Shown piece by piece: positions 9,694 through 18,321 of a DNA stretch of 64,000 nucleotides. Within the stretch, counting starts at the first letter, position 1, and every line of letters begins with the position of its first letter. Source of the DNA: a virus (lineage: Duplodnaviria > Caudoviricetes); IMG/VR virus record IMGVR_UViG_2904399447_000014, positions 1 through 64,000 of that record, one strand, 5' to 3'. Under the pieces are notes generated by a model that made no database searches, had not been told where the DNA came from, and saw only the letters and a program-made list of their open reading frames with translations. Made by a program: the position numbers and the translations under genes.

Positions 9694-9980
9694 TGAGCAG
9701 CGTTAAGTTCCTTCCATTCGTGGGCGGCCGCTACTACTCAAGCCGCTATGGCGTTCGTGTCCTGGTGCTTGGCGAATCCTACTGTGGCGACGCAGAAGAC
9801 AATGCGCCGGACTTCACACAAAGCGTCATCAAGGATCACGCCTTTCCCGAATTCAACCGAGCCATAGCAAAAGCCCTTTTCCTGGCAGGCTCAATATTTG
9901 TTCTTCACCCCATAACTCTATCCGTTTCGCTGCTAACATCAGGCTTTGAAAAAATAACGAAGGATCCTTTGTATGACTGA
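9693..9980 (+). pseudogene. N-terminal remnant of a uracil-DNA-glycosylase-superfamily-like protein
   Basis: VKFLPFVG..RVLVLGESY motif, after which the sequence loses family character near residue 50. Confidence 0.45.
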
Positions 9981-10575
9981 TACCGCAGCAAATGAGATAG
10001 CACCACATTTATCCTCAATCTTTGAAAATGAAGCCAGTGGGATTCTTCAGGATCTGATCGGTACTCCAACCCTAATGGGGATGATGATGTTTGCGACCGA
10101 GGAAGAAGTAAAAGCCGCGCGCAGCTACATCATTGGCATATTTGAAGAGTGCTACCGCGTCGGACATTTACGCATCATGGGTTCCGCTGATGATGGAGCC
10201 TTGTTCGGGTACGCCTTAATTTTTGGCCATCCATCGGAAAACTATTCGTTGTACTGCCATAAAATTTATGTGTATGAGCAATATCGTGGTAATGGAATTG
10301 GCAGCCTGCTGCTGGGCGGGATTCTTGCCCTTCCAAACGAAGTTGGTCTGGTTTGCTCGTCTGATCTCGTTCCTTTTTACGAATCTGCCGGAATGCACTT
10401 CAAAGGAAACTTCACTACGCCATCAGACGGGGGATTCACGAAAACTCGCGGTATGTATGCAGGTCTTTGCGTAATGAGCACTGATAGTGGTGAGGCTAAT
10501 GGCCTGCCCATCTTCATGCTGAACGATAGCGACATTGATAACATCATACAGGCCATAGTATCAGCCAAAAAATGA
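9973..10575 (+). CDS. GNAT-family acetyltransferase
   Basis: KIYVYEQYRGNGIGSLLL motif A and LVPFYESAGMH motif. Confidence 0.85.
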   Translation: MTDTAANEIAPHLSSIFENEASGILQDLIGTPTLMGMMMFATEEEVKAARSYIIGIFEECYRVGHLRIMGSADDGALFGYALIFGHPSENYSLYCHKIYVYEQYRGNGIGSLLLGGILALPNEVGLVCSSDLVPFYESAGMHFKGNFTTPSDGGFTKTRGMYAGLCVMSTDSGEANGLPIFMLNDSDIDNIIQAIVSAKK

Positions 10576-10580
10576 TCCCC

Positions 10581-10602
10581 ATCCCCGGCATTGACCGGGG
10601 AT
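10581..10602. terminator. Hairpin between convergent operons
   Basis: ATCCCCGG-CATTGA-CCGGGGAT. Confidence 0.6.
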
Positions 10603-10667
10603 TTCAATGATGCTTTTTTCCGCATGTCATTGTAAAGGGAGCGGAACGACCAGTGTCAGGCCGTTCT

Positions 10668-10880
10668 TTATTTCTTAGTCCTTGTATTCTTTTTCATTTC
10701 TTTTCGATATTCAGCCGCACCGTAAACAAAACTTAAAGCTCCAAACAGTAATGCTATCTTGCCGGCAGGTGCCGTACCCCATTCAGCGCCCCATGCCATG
10801 CCAACGATAATGCCCCAGGTGATGAATGCCGCTCCCACCAGCAGGGAGCGGAACATTGCGATTATTGTGTTTCTTACCAT
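10668..10880 (-). CDS. Small two-TM membrane protein
   Basis: Two hydrophobic segments and a basic C-tail; abuts the upstream gene. Confidence 0.65.
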   Translation of the reverse strand: MVRNTIIAMFRSLLVGAAFITWGIIVGMAWGAEWGTAPAGKIALLFGALSFVYGAAEYRKEMKKNTRTKK

Positions 10881-11918
10881 TCAGATTTCTGGCGCCGGCT
10901 GTGGGAGCATCGCCTTAAAGAGCTTCGCCCTGTCATCATGCTCCGCCCTTTCCTCTGGAGTCATAGCCTCCATTTCAGCGTTGTACTCAGCCCTGCGCGC
11001 AAGCGCCTCGAGGAGCACCCTAGTCGAAATACCTTTGCCGAACTTCAAGCCAGGCAGCAAATGCACGGGGCATGGCAGTCTTTCAGGATATGCCGGCGAT
11101 TGTGGGGAGGCATAGAGTCGGTGAATCCCTTTGCCTAGCTGCATTCCAGCCGCTGTCCAGGCGACGGAGTGGTCTGCCAGAGTTTTGGCACCAATAGTCA
11201 GAAGGCATACCGGCTTACCATCTCGCAGTTGTGGCGCTGACGGGTTGATGCGAAACATTTCAACGATGCGCGACAATGACGTGAAGTTCATGAAAGGCAC
11301 CGGCTGATGGCCCTTATACGTTCCAGGGGTGAACTCCATCCTAATGCCGCCAGTAACTTCCTTTACTGCATCTGCAATCTCATCGAATGCCACCGGATTC
11401 ACATTGGCTGGCGCTAGCGGGGCGGTGAACAGCGGCACAATTCTAAACCCATCACCGGTATCTCTCCGCAGATCATTCAGCACCGGCTTTAATTCTTCAG
11501 CAGTACAGGCTACGCAATTTTCATCGAGCCAAGCAGATCCATCAGGGTTGCAGATGGCGTACATGAATGGCGCTTGCGCAGGCTGCGCCTCCCTTTGCTC
11601 TGGCGAAGCGGTGTAGACAATGCGGAATTGGCTTTTACAGGCCTCGTTGTATACCTCGCTGTAGATTCGTTCTTCGGCATCGTACCAGCGGCCGTCGTCC
11701 CAAATTTGATATATTTGCGTTGCTGCCACCGGCTGCGCCTCCCGGTTAGCCGCCCGAACCATGTCGATCAGCTTGCGGATTGTTGCACCCGTGCCGCCGA
11801 CATCCTCCAATTTGCAGAGCAATTCGAAACCTGCATCCTGGTCATCGCCAACAGCCTCTACATGCACCGCGGCTTCATATATTTCCTGCATCGCCTCAGT
11901 CGTTAGTGTATGTGTCAT
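10881..11918 (-). CDS. Mosaic Ea22/Ead-like phage accessory protein (345 aa)
   Basis: Repeated QPV...(L/V)Y(T/A)(A/S)P modules; ATGA coupling to the upstream ORF fixes the start at MTHTLTTE. Confidence 0.6.
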   Translation of the reverse strand: MTHTLTTEAMQEIYEAAVHVEAVGDDQDAGFELLCKLEDVGGTGATIRKLIDMVRAANREAQPVAATQIYQIWDDGRWYDAEERIYSEVYNEACKSQFRIVYTASPEQREAQPAQAPFMYAICNPDGSAWLDENCVACTAEELKPVLNDLRRDTGDGFRIVPLFTAPLAPANVNPVAFDEIADAVKEVTGGIRMEFTPGTYKGHQPVPFMNFTSLSRIVEMFRINPSAPQLRDGKPVCLLTIGAKTLADHSVAWTAAGMQLGKGIHRLYASPQSPAYPERLPCPVHLLPGLKFGKGISTRVLLEALARRAEYNAEMEAMTPEERAEHDDRAKLFKAMLPQPAPEI

Positions 11919-12172
11919 GCATCCCCAATCGTTGAGTATTTCGTACACGGATACGTGAAAACCATCCCGTGGCAGCTGTCCTGCTCGAATACCAGCTCCT
12001 TTGAGATATCGCATTGCTTAATGTGATCCCCAAGATTGGCGCGGTAGGTTTTGCAAGCGTCAGCATCTAGTTCAAACGCCTGGTTAATTTGAATGCCGGC
12101 ATCCATAAGGCCAATATCCATTAAGCCGGCGCCACAGAAGTAGGAATTGACTGTTATAGGGTTACGCACCAT
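11915..12172 (-). pseudogene. Truncated C5-cytosine DNA methyltransferase (motifs I-IV only)
   Basis: YFCGAGLMDIG (I), FELD (II), DI (III), TYPCTKYS (IV with catalytic Cys), then stop at 85 aa. Confidence 0.8.
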
Positions 12173-12533
12173 GACTCCCCCCAGAAACTACGCCATAATT
12201 TCCGTACCACCAGCCATCGTCAGCTTTAGTCAGCAGCATTTTTTTGACCGGCTCCCCTTCCCCTAAAATCTGCTCACGCGCCTTCTTCGGAACCGCGAAT
12301 GTCATACCGACCTGTCCATTCAATTTTCGCTTGAAGTCGCCACCAGTTTTTAACCTGACCTTTTTTAATTCTGCATCTACCTGGAATTCAATCGTGGGCT
12401 GCTTTGGGCCTTCAAATACTGCAATCGTGATGTGACCGATTCCGTTCCTTCTGACGGTAACCGCTGGCGTCCTTCGAGGACACTGGTTCGGGCCGTTTCG
12501 TACCGTCATTTCATTTATTGATACAAAAGCCAC
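12162..12533 (-). CDS. Hypothetical protein of P1-type early region
   Basis: MAFVS start and DDGWWYG end resemble a small P1-family protein; operon context. Confidence 0.6.
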   Translation of the reverse strand: MAFVSINEMTVRNGPNQCPRRTPAVTVRRNGIGHITIAVFEGPKQPTIEFQVDAELKKVRLKTGGDFKRKLNGQVGMTFAVPKKAREQILGEGEPVKKMLLTKADDGWWYGNYGVVSGGSHGA

Positions 12534-13085
12534 TTAAGCGCCCTCTTCCAGTGACTGTGAAGGCCGCTCCAGAATCGCTTCAACGCTTTCGGAAAATGCC
12601 TCGGCGCCGCGCTCCTGGAAGGATTGTTCAACCTCATTCTGGAAAGCAATGCCGTCGGCTGTGTTCAAGTGGCCGTGACGATAGCCGGCAGCATAGACCT
12701 CACCGGCCGCTACTGAATGCGCTGAGGTTTCCAACAGAAGTGCGTCCATTTTGTTTTTCAGATCAAATACCGCTTGGTAAATGCCCTTATCTTCCACACC
12801 GAGCATTTCAGCGATCAACGTGCAGGTTTTTAACCCGAAATCCTTATCTTCTTCATTCTCAATTTGGAACGCATCAACCAAAGGAAATAGGCCTTCATCC
12901 GGGTAGTCGGTGCTGTATGCCACCAGCCCGTTAAATGCCTCTGCCCCCTCTTCTGGGGCTGCCGGGATGTGGCCCGACGTAATTGTGTATTGGGCGTCTA
13001 ATATGTCTGATGTCGATTCAGAGACGAGTAGGCCCGTAAACTCTGCCAGATCTTTAACCTGGCGAGCCGAAATGAGGAGTTCCAT
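12534..13085 (-). CDS. Hypothetical acidic protein
   Basis: Tightly packed in leftward operon; RBS present. Confidence 0.6.
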   Translation of the reverse strand: MELLISARQVKDLAEFTGLLVSESTSDILDAQYTITSGHIPAAPEEGAEAFNGLVAYSTDYPDEGLFPLVDAFQIENEEDKDFGLKTCTLIAEMLGVEDKGIYQAVFDLKNKMDALLLETSAHSVAAGEVYAAGYRHGHLNTADGIAFQNEVEQSFQERGAEAFSESVEAILERPSQSLEEGA

Positions 13086-13106
13086 ACTTGTTTACCTTGA
13101 TGAAAG

Positions 13107-13235
13107 TTAATCGTAGTTCTTTGTTTCTGGGCGGTTTTTAAATTCGTGGTCTGATGCGAACCCCACCCAAATCAACACGCCAACACCTAATAAGATGAAT
13201 GGGAGGGCTTTATATAGGACTTCCCAAGTCAGCAT
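13107..13235 (-). CDS. 42-aa single-TM protein (not in ORF track)
   Basis: GAGGA RBS; MLTWEVLYKALPFILLGVGVLIWVGFASDHEFKNRPETKNYD; fills the gap between two genes. Confidence 0.7.
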   Translation of the reverse strand: MLTWEVLYKALPFILLGVGVLIWVGFASDHEFKNRPETKNYD

Positions 13236-13237
13236 CG

Positions 13238-13801
13238 TCAGATCCTCGGAAAGGTAATTTTTTGCCAAATAGCCGATACATATTTGACCTGGTGGATCGC
13301 GTCATCGAGGGCGTTGTGTTTTTCGCCTACAAAAGGCAGTTCTTTTTTTGGATTGAAGCCAATATCAAGGCCAGCTTTCACGATAGTTCGCACATCACAG
13401 TCATTCCAGAAGACCCAGAACGGTTTCACACCACAGCGTTGATAACCGGAGCGTAGAATTGTGTTATCGAAGGTTGAACCATTCCCCCACACCTGAACAC
13501 GGTCTAAGTCACTACAATGGGACTGTATGAAGCCACCTAAACGCTTCAGCGCATCGACGTTCCTTTCGCGTGGTTTCGCTGTAACCGCTGCTCGAGCCGC
13601 ATCATTCTGTGCCAGCCACCAATAGATCGTGTCAGCATCTGGTTTTGCCCCCAGTTCCAGCTCACTCACCAGGTCTATGACCGTATAGAAACTCGGCCCA
13701 ACCTCTCCAGTCTTGAGGTCGAAAAATACTGCGGCGATCGTCAACATTGGTGCCTATGGGCCATTACCGAGGGTTTCAATATCAACCATTACGTTCTGCA
13801 T
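13238..13801 (-). pseudogene. DEDDh 3'-5' exonuclease interrupted by in-frame TAG at codon 16 (13754-13756)
   Basis: MQNVMVDIETLGNGP*APMLTIAAVFFD..WGNGSTFDN..HNALDDA; AAGGA RBS before ATG 13801. Confidence 0.85.
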
Positions 13802-14093
13802 TTTTATCCTTATTTTTTAATTTGCTGTGCGCCTTTGCTTGGAACCGGCCACAATGGAGTGCATTTGAAACCGCTCTATCTAATTCCGTTATTTCCGCTT
13901 TACATTCCCAGGGCTGGAGTGGTGTCTCTTCTATCCAACCGATCAACTGATCGTGAAAGAAAACATCCATCCGGCCCACGGTGCATTTCGTCGATATTCC
14001 TTCTTTCTGCTGGGGCCAATCATTGATGTGAGGTTTTATGATGAAGGCCAGGTGTTCCTCACGCAGGCGCTTCAACTCGGCCATAACATCCAC
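13782..14093 (-). CDS. Hypothetical protein
   Basis: Coupled to neighbours in leftward operon. Confidence 0.55.
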   Translation of the reverse strand: MDVMAELKRLREEHLAFIIKPHINDWPQQKEGISTKCTVGRMDVFFHDQLIGWIEETPLQPWECKAEITELDRAVSNALHCGRFQAKAHSKLKNKDKNAERNG

Positions 14094-14554
14094 TACTTAT
14101 CGACCCCGGCAGCATGCCCAGCATTGATAACAGCCATACGTAGAGCCTTGATCGAGGTGCACCGGTGACGGAACACAAAGGACGCCAGGTAATCCACCAG
14201 CTCGAGGAACTTAAGACGCCTCTGTAAACGCTGACATTCGATCGGGGTTAAATCACCGACAACTGCCCGCGATTTAACGCTGTCCAGCTCACGAACTAAT
14301 TCACTATTTCGAGCCATTAGAGAACGTCGATCATCAGTCAATGCGTCAATGGTCGCTTTATGCTCCTCAGCGGCCTGCTGGCGGCCTGTCGCTTCCGCTT
14401 TTGTGGTTAGCTTAAGCAGAGTCGTGAAAGAGCTACCAGCCATGCTCAGGGGCTTCCGAGTGTCGACGCCGACCGGAATCGTCACTTTCATGCCTAGCCA
14501 TTCAGCCAAAGAGCGGATTTGCGAAAATGAAACCTGTTCCAATACTGTTTTCAT
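14093..14554 (-). CDS. Hypothetical coiled-coil protein
   Basis: Operon packing with stop/start overlap. Confidence 0.6.
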   Translation of the reverse strand: MKTVLEQVSFSQIRSLAEWLGMKVTIPVGVDTRKPLSMAGSSFTTLLKLTTKAEATGRQQAAEEHKATIDALTDDRRSLMARNSELVRELDSVKSRAVVGDLTPIECQRLQRRLKFLELVDYLASFVFRHRCTSIKALRMAVINAGHAAGVDK

Positions 14555-14582
14555 CGTTCTTTCTCAGAATGTAATCAGGGAG

Positions 14583-15923
14583 TTATTTCTTGCCTTTGCG
14601 ATGTTTCTTACTACGACCAACGGTCGGCGCGTCTGCTCTTCCTTTGGTTTGCCCGGATAGCCCAACCTGGCGACTAATAGTTTCTTCAATGGTGCGAGAT
14701 GATTCAGGAAGCATTGGCTTCTCAATTTCAATGGGGCCAAGCTCTGCTTCCCATGCTTCCTTATAAACGTATGCAACCGAGCGGATCTTCCGGGCTGTTA
14801 CTTCACCTATGCCTTTCAATTTTTCCAGGTCAGAGGTGAATGCATTGCCCAAGTGCGCCAATGTGGTGATTTCCAACTCGGCCATCTTCACTACGTCAGC
14901 TGGTTTTAACTCGGGAACGTCGACAAGCTTCACGCGGTCGGCATATTCGAAGAAGGACGCGAGATGAGGATTTGTTACCGCTACAAGTGCGTGATGCGCG
15001 CGCGTCAGCTCGTTATAGAGTTCTTGGGGGATCTCGTTCTTGAAAATAGCGAGGTTCTGGTACTGGACAATGCCCCACTCGCTAATGCGAGCAACAAGGT
15101 CTACGCCGTAGGTACTGCGTAGGTTGATATGGAAATTTAGGTTATTTACGAATGCTGGCTGATCCACATCACGTGGCGCATTCGGGTATTGCAGCGGATA
15201 CATGAAGAAGTGCATGTAGAACTTTAGGCCCGGATTCGCACTACTCTGCCAGAAGCGGTCACCACAAAAACCGTTAATAATATCCTGCTCGCGGCGGGAA
15301 TAATCGCGGTAGTGAAGCAGAGCAATATGATCCAACTGCATTTTGTTGTACGACAGCGAAGTTTTGTCATGCGCCGTCATTTCTTGACCCAAACGCTTAC
15401 GCAACTGTGTGACTTTACCGCGCGCTTCGCTCAGTTCTGTTTCTGTGGTTTTCAGCTTTACGGTAAGGCGGCGCAGAGCTTCGGCATGGTCAGCCTTCAA
15501 GTCATCATGTCGTTGAGCTAATCGCTCTACCTCTCGCTCCAAGCTTCGTTTTTCTTCGGCGGTTATACCTGTGGACTGACCCAACTCAACACGAAGCAAA
15601 TGCAACTCATCAGCTTTGATTGACAGCTGAAGGCGCAAGTTTGTAATGCTATTGTCTCGGGCCTCTACAGCATCCACCAGCTCGTTGTAACCGTCTGCCT
15701 CAGCAGTAGCAAAAATCGCAATGTTGCGAGCCAGGTCGGCTAAATCGGCCTCCATGCGCTCCATGCTTGCCCGGAACACTGAGTTACCTGCCACGCGGCT
15801 ACAGAAGGTCGCTTCAGACGATAACATGTTGATTTGTGCAACCAGGATATCCGCATCTGGTACGAAGGCCGATTCCGGTTCAGCCACTAATAATGCGTCA
15901 GTCATTAGAACTCTTGCTCCCAC
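14583..15923 (-). CDS. pmgS: PmgS-like coiled-coil protein with C-terminal helix-hairpin-helix-like motif
   Basis: EADGYNELVDA and RISEW..QNLAIFKNEIP match P1 PmgS; LKGIGEVTARKI HhH-like motif. Confidence 0.7.
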   Translation of the reverse strand: MGARVLMTDALLVAEPESAFVPDADILVAQINMLSSEATFCSRVAGNSVFRASMERMEADLADLARNIAIFATAEADGYNELVDAVEARDNSITNLRLQLSIKADELHLLRVELGQSTGITAEEKRSLEREVERLAQRHDDLKADHAEALRRLTVKLKTTETELSEARGKVTQLRKRLGQEMTAHDKTSLSYNKMQLDHIALLHYRDYSRREQDIINGFCGDRFWQSSANPGLKFYMHFFMYPLQYPNAPRDVDQPAFVNNLNFHINLRSTYGVDLVARISEWGIVQYQNLAIFKNEIPQELYNELTRAHHALVAVTNPHLASFFEYADRVKLVDVPELKPADVVKMAELEITTLAHLGNAFTSDLEKLKGIGEVTARKIRSVAYVYKEAWEAELGPIEIEKPMLPESSRTIEETISRQVGLSGQTKGRADAPTVGRSKKHRKGKK

Positions 15924-16120
15924 TGCTTTTCTGTCATTTTTCCGCGATACACAACCTGTGCAAGTATCGCCCCAGGCTCCAGGCCTAATTCGTTCTTCAA
16001 AACTTCTATGCGACGGTAACCAAGGCGCTTGTGCCTGAACCGTACAGCTACCTGTTGCCGCTTTTTGTCACTTTGTTCAAACACCAACGAAAACCAGTAA
16101 TACCTACGTTTAAACATCAA
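15905..16120 (-). CDS. pmgR: PmgR-like small protein
   Basis: RYYW..GAIL..VVYRGKMTEKQ pattern and position directly upstream of pmgS. Confidence 0.55.
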   Translation of the reverse strand: MMFKRRYYWFSLVFEQSDKKRQQVAVRFRHKRLGYRRIEVLKNELGLEPGAILAQVVYRGKMTEKQWEQEF

Positions 16121-16143
16121 AACACCACGTTGTTAGCGTAAAT

Positions 16144-16158
16144 CTAATAATATATTAG
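16144..16158. promoter_or_regulatory. Putative C1 operator CTAATAATATATTAG
   Basis: CTAAT-N5-ATTAG core upstream of the pmgR-pmgS operon. Confidence 0.65.
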
Positions 16159-16301
16159 ATATATTACAAAACACCGGATCGATTTGCATTAATTTTGTTA
16201 GTTTTACGCAACATTGATTATAGATTTTAGAGGGGTGGGGACGATATTGAAGCATTGAGGAAGGTCAGCAGATGACGTAACGCCAACCTTATCTATTGAT
16301 A

Positions 16302-16481
16302 TTACTTGATTTTTAGCGCACAGAAGCTGGATAGGGAAAATGCGACGATAGCGTTTAAAAGCACTGCAAAAGTGTCAGATGCCAGGCCGAACATATGGAG
16401 CGGCAGCATGTTTACTGTAAAAAATCCGGCAAATATCCCGGTCGCTACAATTCGACGGCGGGTAAAGAAGTCCTTAATCAA
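16302..16481 (-). CDS. 59-aa two-TM protein (not in ORF track)
   Basis: GGAGG RBS plus TTG overlapping the upstream stop; MIKDFFTRRRIVATGIFAGFFTVNMLPLHMFGLASDTFAVLLNAIVAFSLSSFCALKIK. Confidence 0.65.
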   Translation of the reverse strand: MIKDFFTRRRIVATGIFAGFFTVNMLPLHMFGLASDTFAVLLNAIVAFSLSSFCALKIK

Positions 16482-16785
16482 GAAGCCTCCGGGTCGTGTC
16501 GACCATAATTTTTTTATTCATCGCATATGCGTAGTTGTATTCCGCTACAGAAACCGGAGATTTTTGGAAGTCACGAGGAAACCAAACTACCGTGCAAGCC
16601 ACCAGCATTGCCAGGCGCATCATGGATACCGTTTCAAGGGGCTGGCTAATCATCGTAACTGGAGGCTCTATGAGAGCATATCCCTGCTCTTCAAATGTCG
16701 CCTTCACGTTGCAAAGCCTAGCCCTCATTATACGGGCATCGACATCATGAGGAGTCGACAGATAAACACTCATCAAATCCGCCAT
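16474..16785 (-). CDS. DUF4406 / nucleoside 2-deoxyribosyltransferase-like protein
   Basis: VYLSTP..QGYALIEP..LAMLVACTVVWFPRDFQKSPVSVAEYNYA pattern. Confidence 0.6.
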   Translation of the reverse strand: MADLMSVYLSTPHDVDARIMRARLCNVKATFEEQGYALIEPPVTMISQPLETVSMMRLAMLVACTVVWFPRDFQKSPVSVAEYNYAYAMNKKIMVDTTRRLLD

Positions 16786-17357
16786 ACTTCATCACGCTCC
16801 CGCAGGGACATTGAGGCACCGGCCTCAAGATGCCAGTATGACATGATCACCTCGATAGCTTCATTATGCCCAACACACAGCGCACAGTAATAACCTTCTG
16901 ATGTTAGGCGGTTCAGCCACTCTTTTTGTTCTTCTTTTGCGCCGCTCTTCCCATACTTCAACTCTATCCGCAAACCGTGATACTTACCTCGAGCGGCATC
17001 GAGCGACATATCCGGGTAACCCTTCTTTTGGCCCTCAGCCTTTAGCTTTCCTCCAGTCGCCTTGGTTCTTTGGCCCCCATTAGGCGTAGAGTGCAGCAGG
17101 TGATAAATTCCCTGATGGTGGCACTCGAAATAATAGAAAACTCTGACCTGTTCATAGTGCTCTTGTTGGCCCTTAATCCGGTCGGGATTCTTATCAAGCA
17201 AAGCCAACGCGATTGCATGCGCCGATTTCTTCACTGCGCTCTTAATCACTTCTCCCAGGACGTTGGCCTTTCCGCTAACTCGCGAGGTTGTACGACTTGA
17301 TCGCCCCCCCATCTTTTTTTGACGATCTGCTAACCATTCCTCTGTGAACCTAATCAT
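16773..17357 (-). CDS. pmgM: VRR-NUC domain nuclease (PmgM-like)
   Basis: PNGG..KAEGQKKGYPD..IELK PD-(D/E)xK motif; start MIRFTEE after GGAGAGG. Confidence 0.75.
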   Translation of the reverse strand: MIRFTEEWLADRQKKMGGRSSRTTSRVSGKANVLGEVIKSAVKKSAHAIALALLDKNPDRIKGQQEHYEQVRVFYYFECHHQGIYHLLHSTPNGGQRTKATGGKLKAEGQKKGYPDMSLDAARGKYHGLRIELKYGKSGAKEEQKEWLNRLTSEGYYCALCVGHNEAIEVIMSYWHLEAGASMSLRERDEVWRI

Positions 17358-17514
17358 TGGAACCTCTCCGCGATCGACGGATTTCTTTGGCCTGGTTAAG
17401 CTTCGCCATAGGATCAAAAGTAGTTTTTCCGTTTTCAGCTGGTTCTATCAGCTTGCGGGGTGTACTCAATCGATAGATGCTACTGTCCGCGATTTTCCGT
17501 TCAGCTCTTGCCAT
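17350..17514 (-). CDS. 54-aa basic hypothetical protein (not in ORF track)
   Basis: MARAERKIADSSIYRLSTPRKLIEPAENGKTTFDPMAKLNQAKEIRRSRRGSND; overlaps next start. Confidence 0.55.
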   Translation of the reverse strand: MARAERKIADSSIYRLSTPRKLIEPAENGKTTFDPMAKLNQAKEIRRSRRGSND

Positions 17515-17573
17515 CACTCACTCATCATAATAAAAAACTAACCTTTAATTAGTTTAACACCAACACCAGCAAT

Positions 17574-17879
17574 TTATAACCGAGTGCTGATATCTACTTT
17601 TGCTACTCCGGTTTGAGCAAGCACCTCCGCATTCACGCGATCTACATTCTCACGCAGCCACTTCCCTGCCTCCATTTCCCCTCGAAATCTCTCGGGCGCA
17701 CCAGGTATTTTTTTTCCTGGAGGTACACTGTATCGATCAGGTGAAATGGGGTCTACAGGGAAATATCCAACCTCAAAGTGTGGTGCTGCCGTTGCCCTCC
17801 ATCCTCCAGTTGGGAAGTAGCCCGGTGTTACACGAGTAACGTAGAATAGGCCTGCGCTGCGTTTGAATTCTGTGCTCAT
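17574..17879 (-). CDS. Hypothetical protein, first gene of operator-controlled operon
   Basis: Directly downstream of operator 17902-17918. Confidence 0.6.
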   Translation of the reverse strand: MSTEFKRSAGLFYVTRVTPGYFPTGGWRATAAPHFEVGYFPVDPISPDRYSVPPGKKIPGAPERFRGEMEAGKWLRENVDRVNAEVLAQTGVAKVDISTRL

Positions 17880-17901
17880 ATCAATCCTTTACCATGTAAA
17901 A

Positions 17902-17918
17902 CTAATTAACTATTAGAT
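17902..17918 (-). promoter_or_regulatory. Putative C1 operator ATCTAATAGTTAATTAG
   Basis: Identical to 31509-31525; 16/17 to 2089-2105. Confidence 0.8.
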
Positions 17919-17959
17919 TAACATTTTTACAGGCAAAAAAAAGGTACCAGAAGGCACCT

Positions 17960-18008
17960 TTATGAATTAGCAAGTATTATTTATGAAGTATGAGTTATTA
18001 CTTATTAA
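17960..18008. repeat. Heptad array A (7 x 7 bp, consensus KTATGAN)
   Basis: TTATGAA-TTAGCAA-GTATTAT-TTATGAA-GTATGAG-TTATTAC-TTATTAA at the 3' end of the RHH gene. Confidence 0.75.
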
Positions 18009-18321
18009 GTTCGGCCAGGTATTTCTCTACTGCTTCTCGCATAATCGCACTGACACTTTTAGGGTTCTTCCCTGCTCGCTTATTGCTAAGTGCCAAATCT
18101 TCAATTTTGCGCTGTAGGGCCATTGGCAACGAAATAGCGGTGCGCGTCATCTGTTCAGCTGGTGCTGGGGCCACCGCTGGTGCCACTGACGCCTCTGGCT
18201 CAGCTTCGTGCTGCCCGTATGGTCGGTCTGACAGACGCTTAGCGAGGGCTTCAACCTCGGCTTCACTTGGTGCGGGGCGGCGATCTACCTGCACACGTTC
18301 GCTTGGTTTTTTAACAGCCAT
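17998..18321 (-). CDS. ParG/omega-like ribbon-helix-helix partition protein
   Basis: Flexible N-tail plus MTRTAISLPMALQRKIEDLA..SVSAIMREAVEKYL RHH; coupled to parA. Confidence 0.85.
   Translation of the reverse strand: MAVKKPSERVQVDRRPAPSEAEVEALAKRLSDRPYGQHEAEPEASVAPAVAPAPAEQMTRTAISLPMALQRKIEDLALSNKRAGKNPKSVSAIMREAVEKYLAELNK

Noticed and set aside
8571-10575. GNAT genes as a classical AtaRT/TacAT toxin-antitoxin
   Set aside because: No upstream DUF1778/RHH antitoxin gene for either GNAT
10881-12014. 377-aa version of the Ea22-like ORF
   Set aside because: The first 32 codons overlap the methyltransferase remnant in another frame; ATGA coupling at 11918 is the better start
13754-13756. Genome-wide TAG recoding
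   Set aside because: TAG terminates prt and repL at expected lengths; only one gene is interrupted
16306-16890. 194-aa + strand ORF
   Set aside because: Antisense shadow of three coupled minus-strand genes; no RBS or recognisable motif
17513-17532. ACTCACTC-ATCA-TAATAA on the + strand
   Set aside because: Points antisense to early genes and coincides with the RBS of the 54-aa ORF; likely chance
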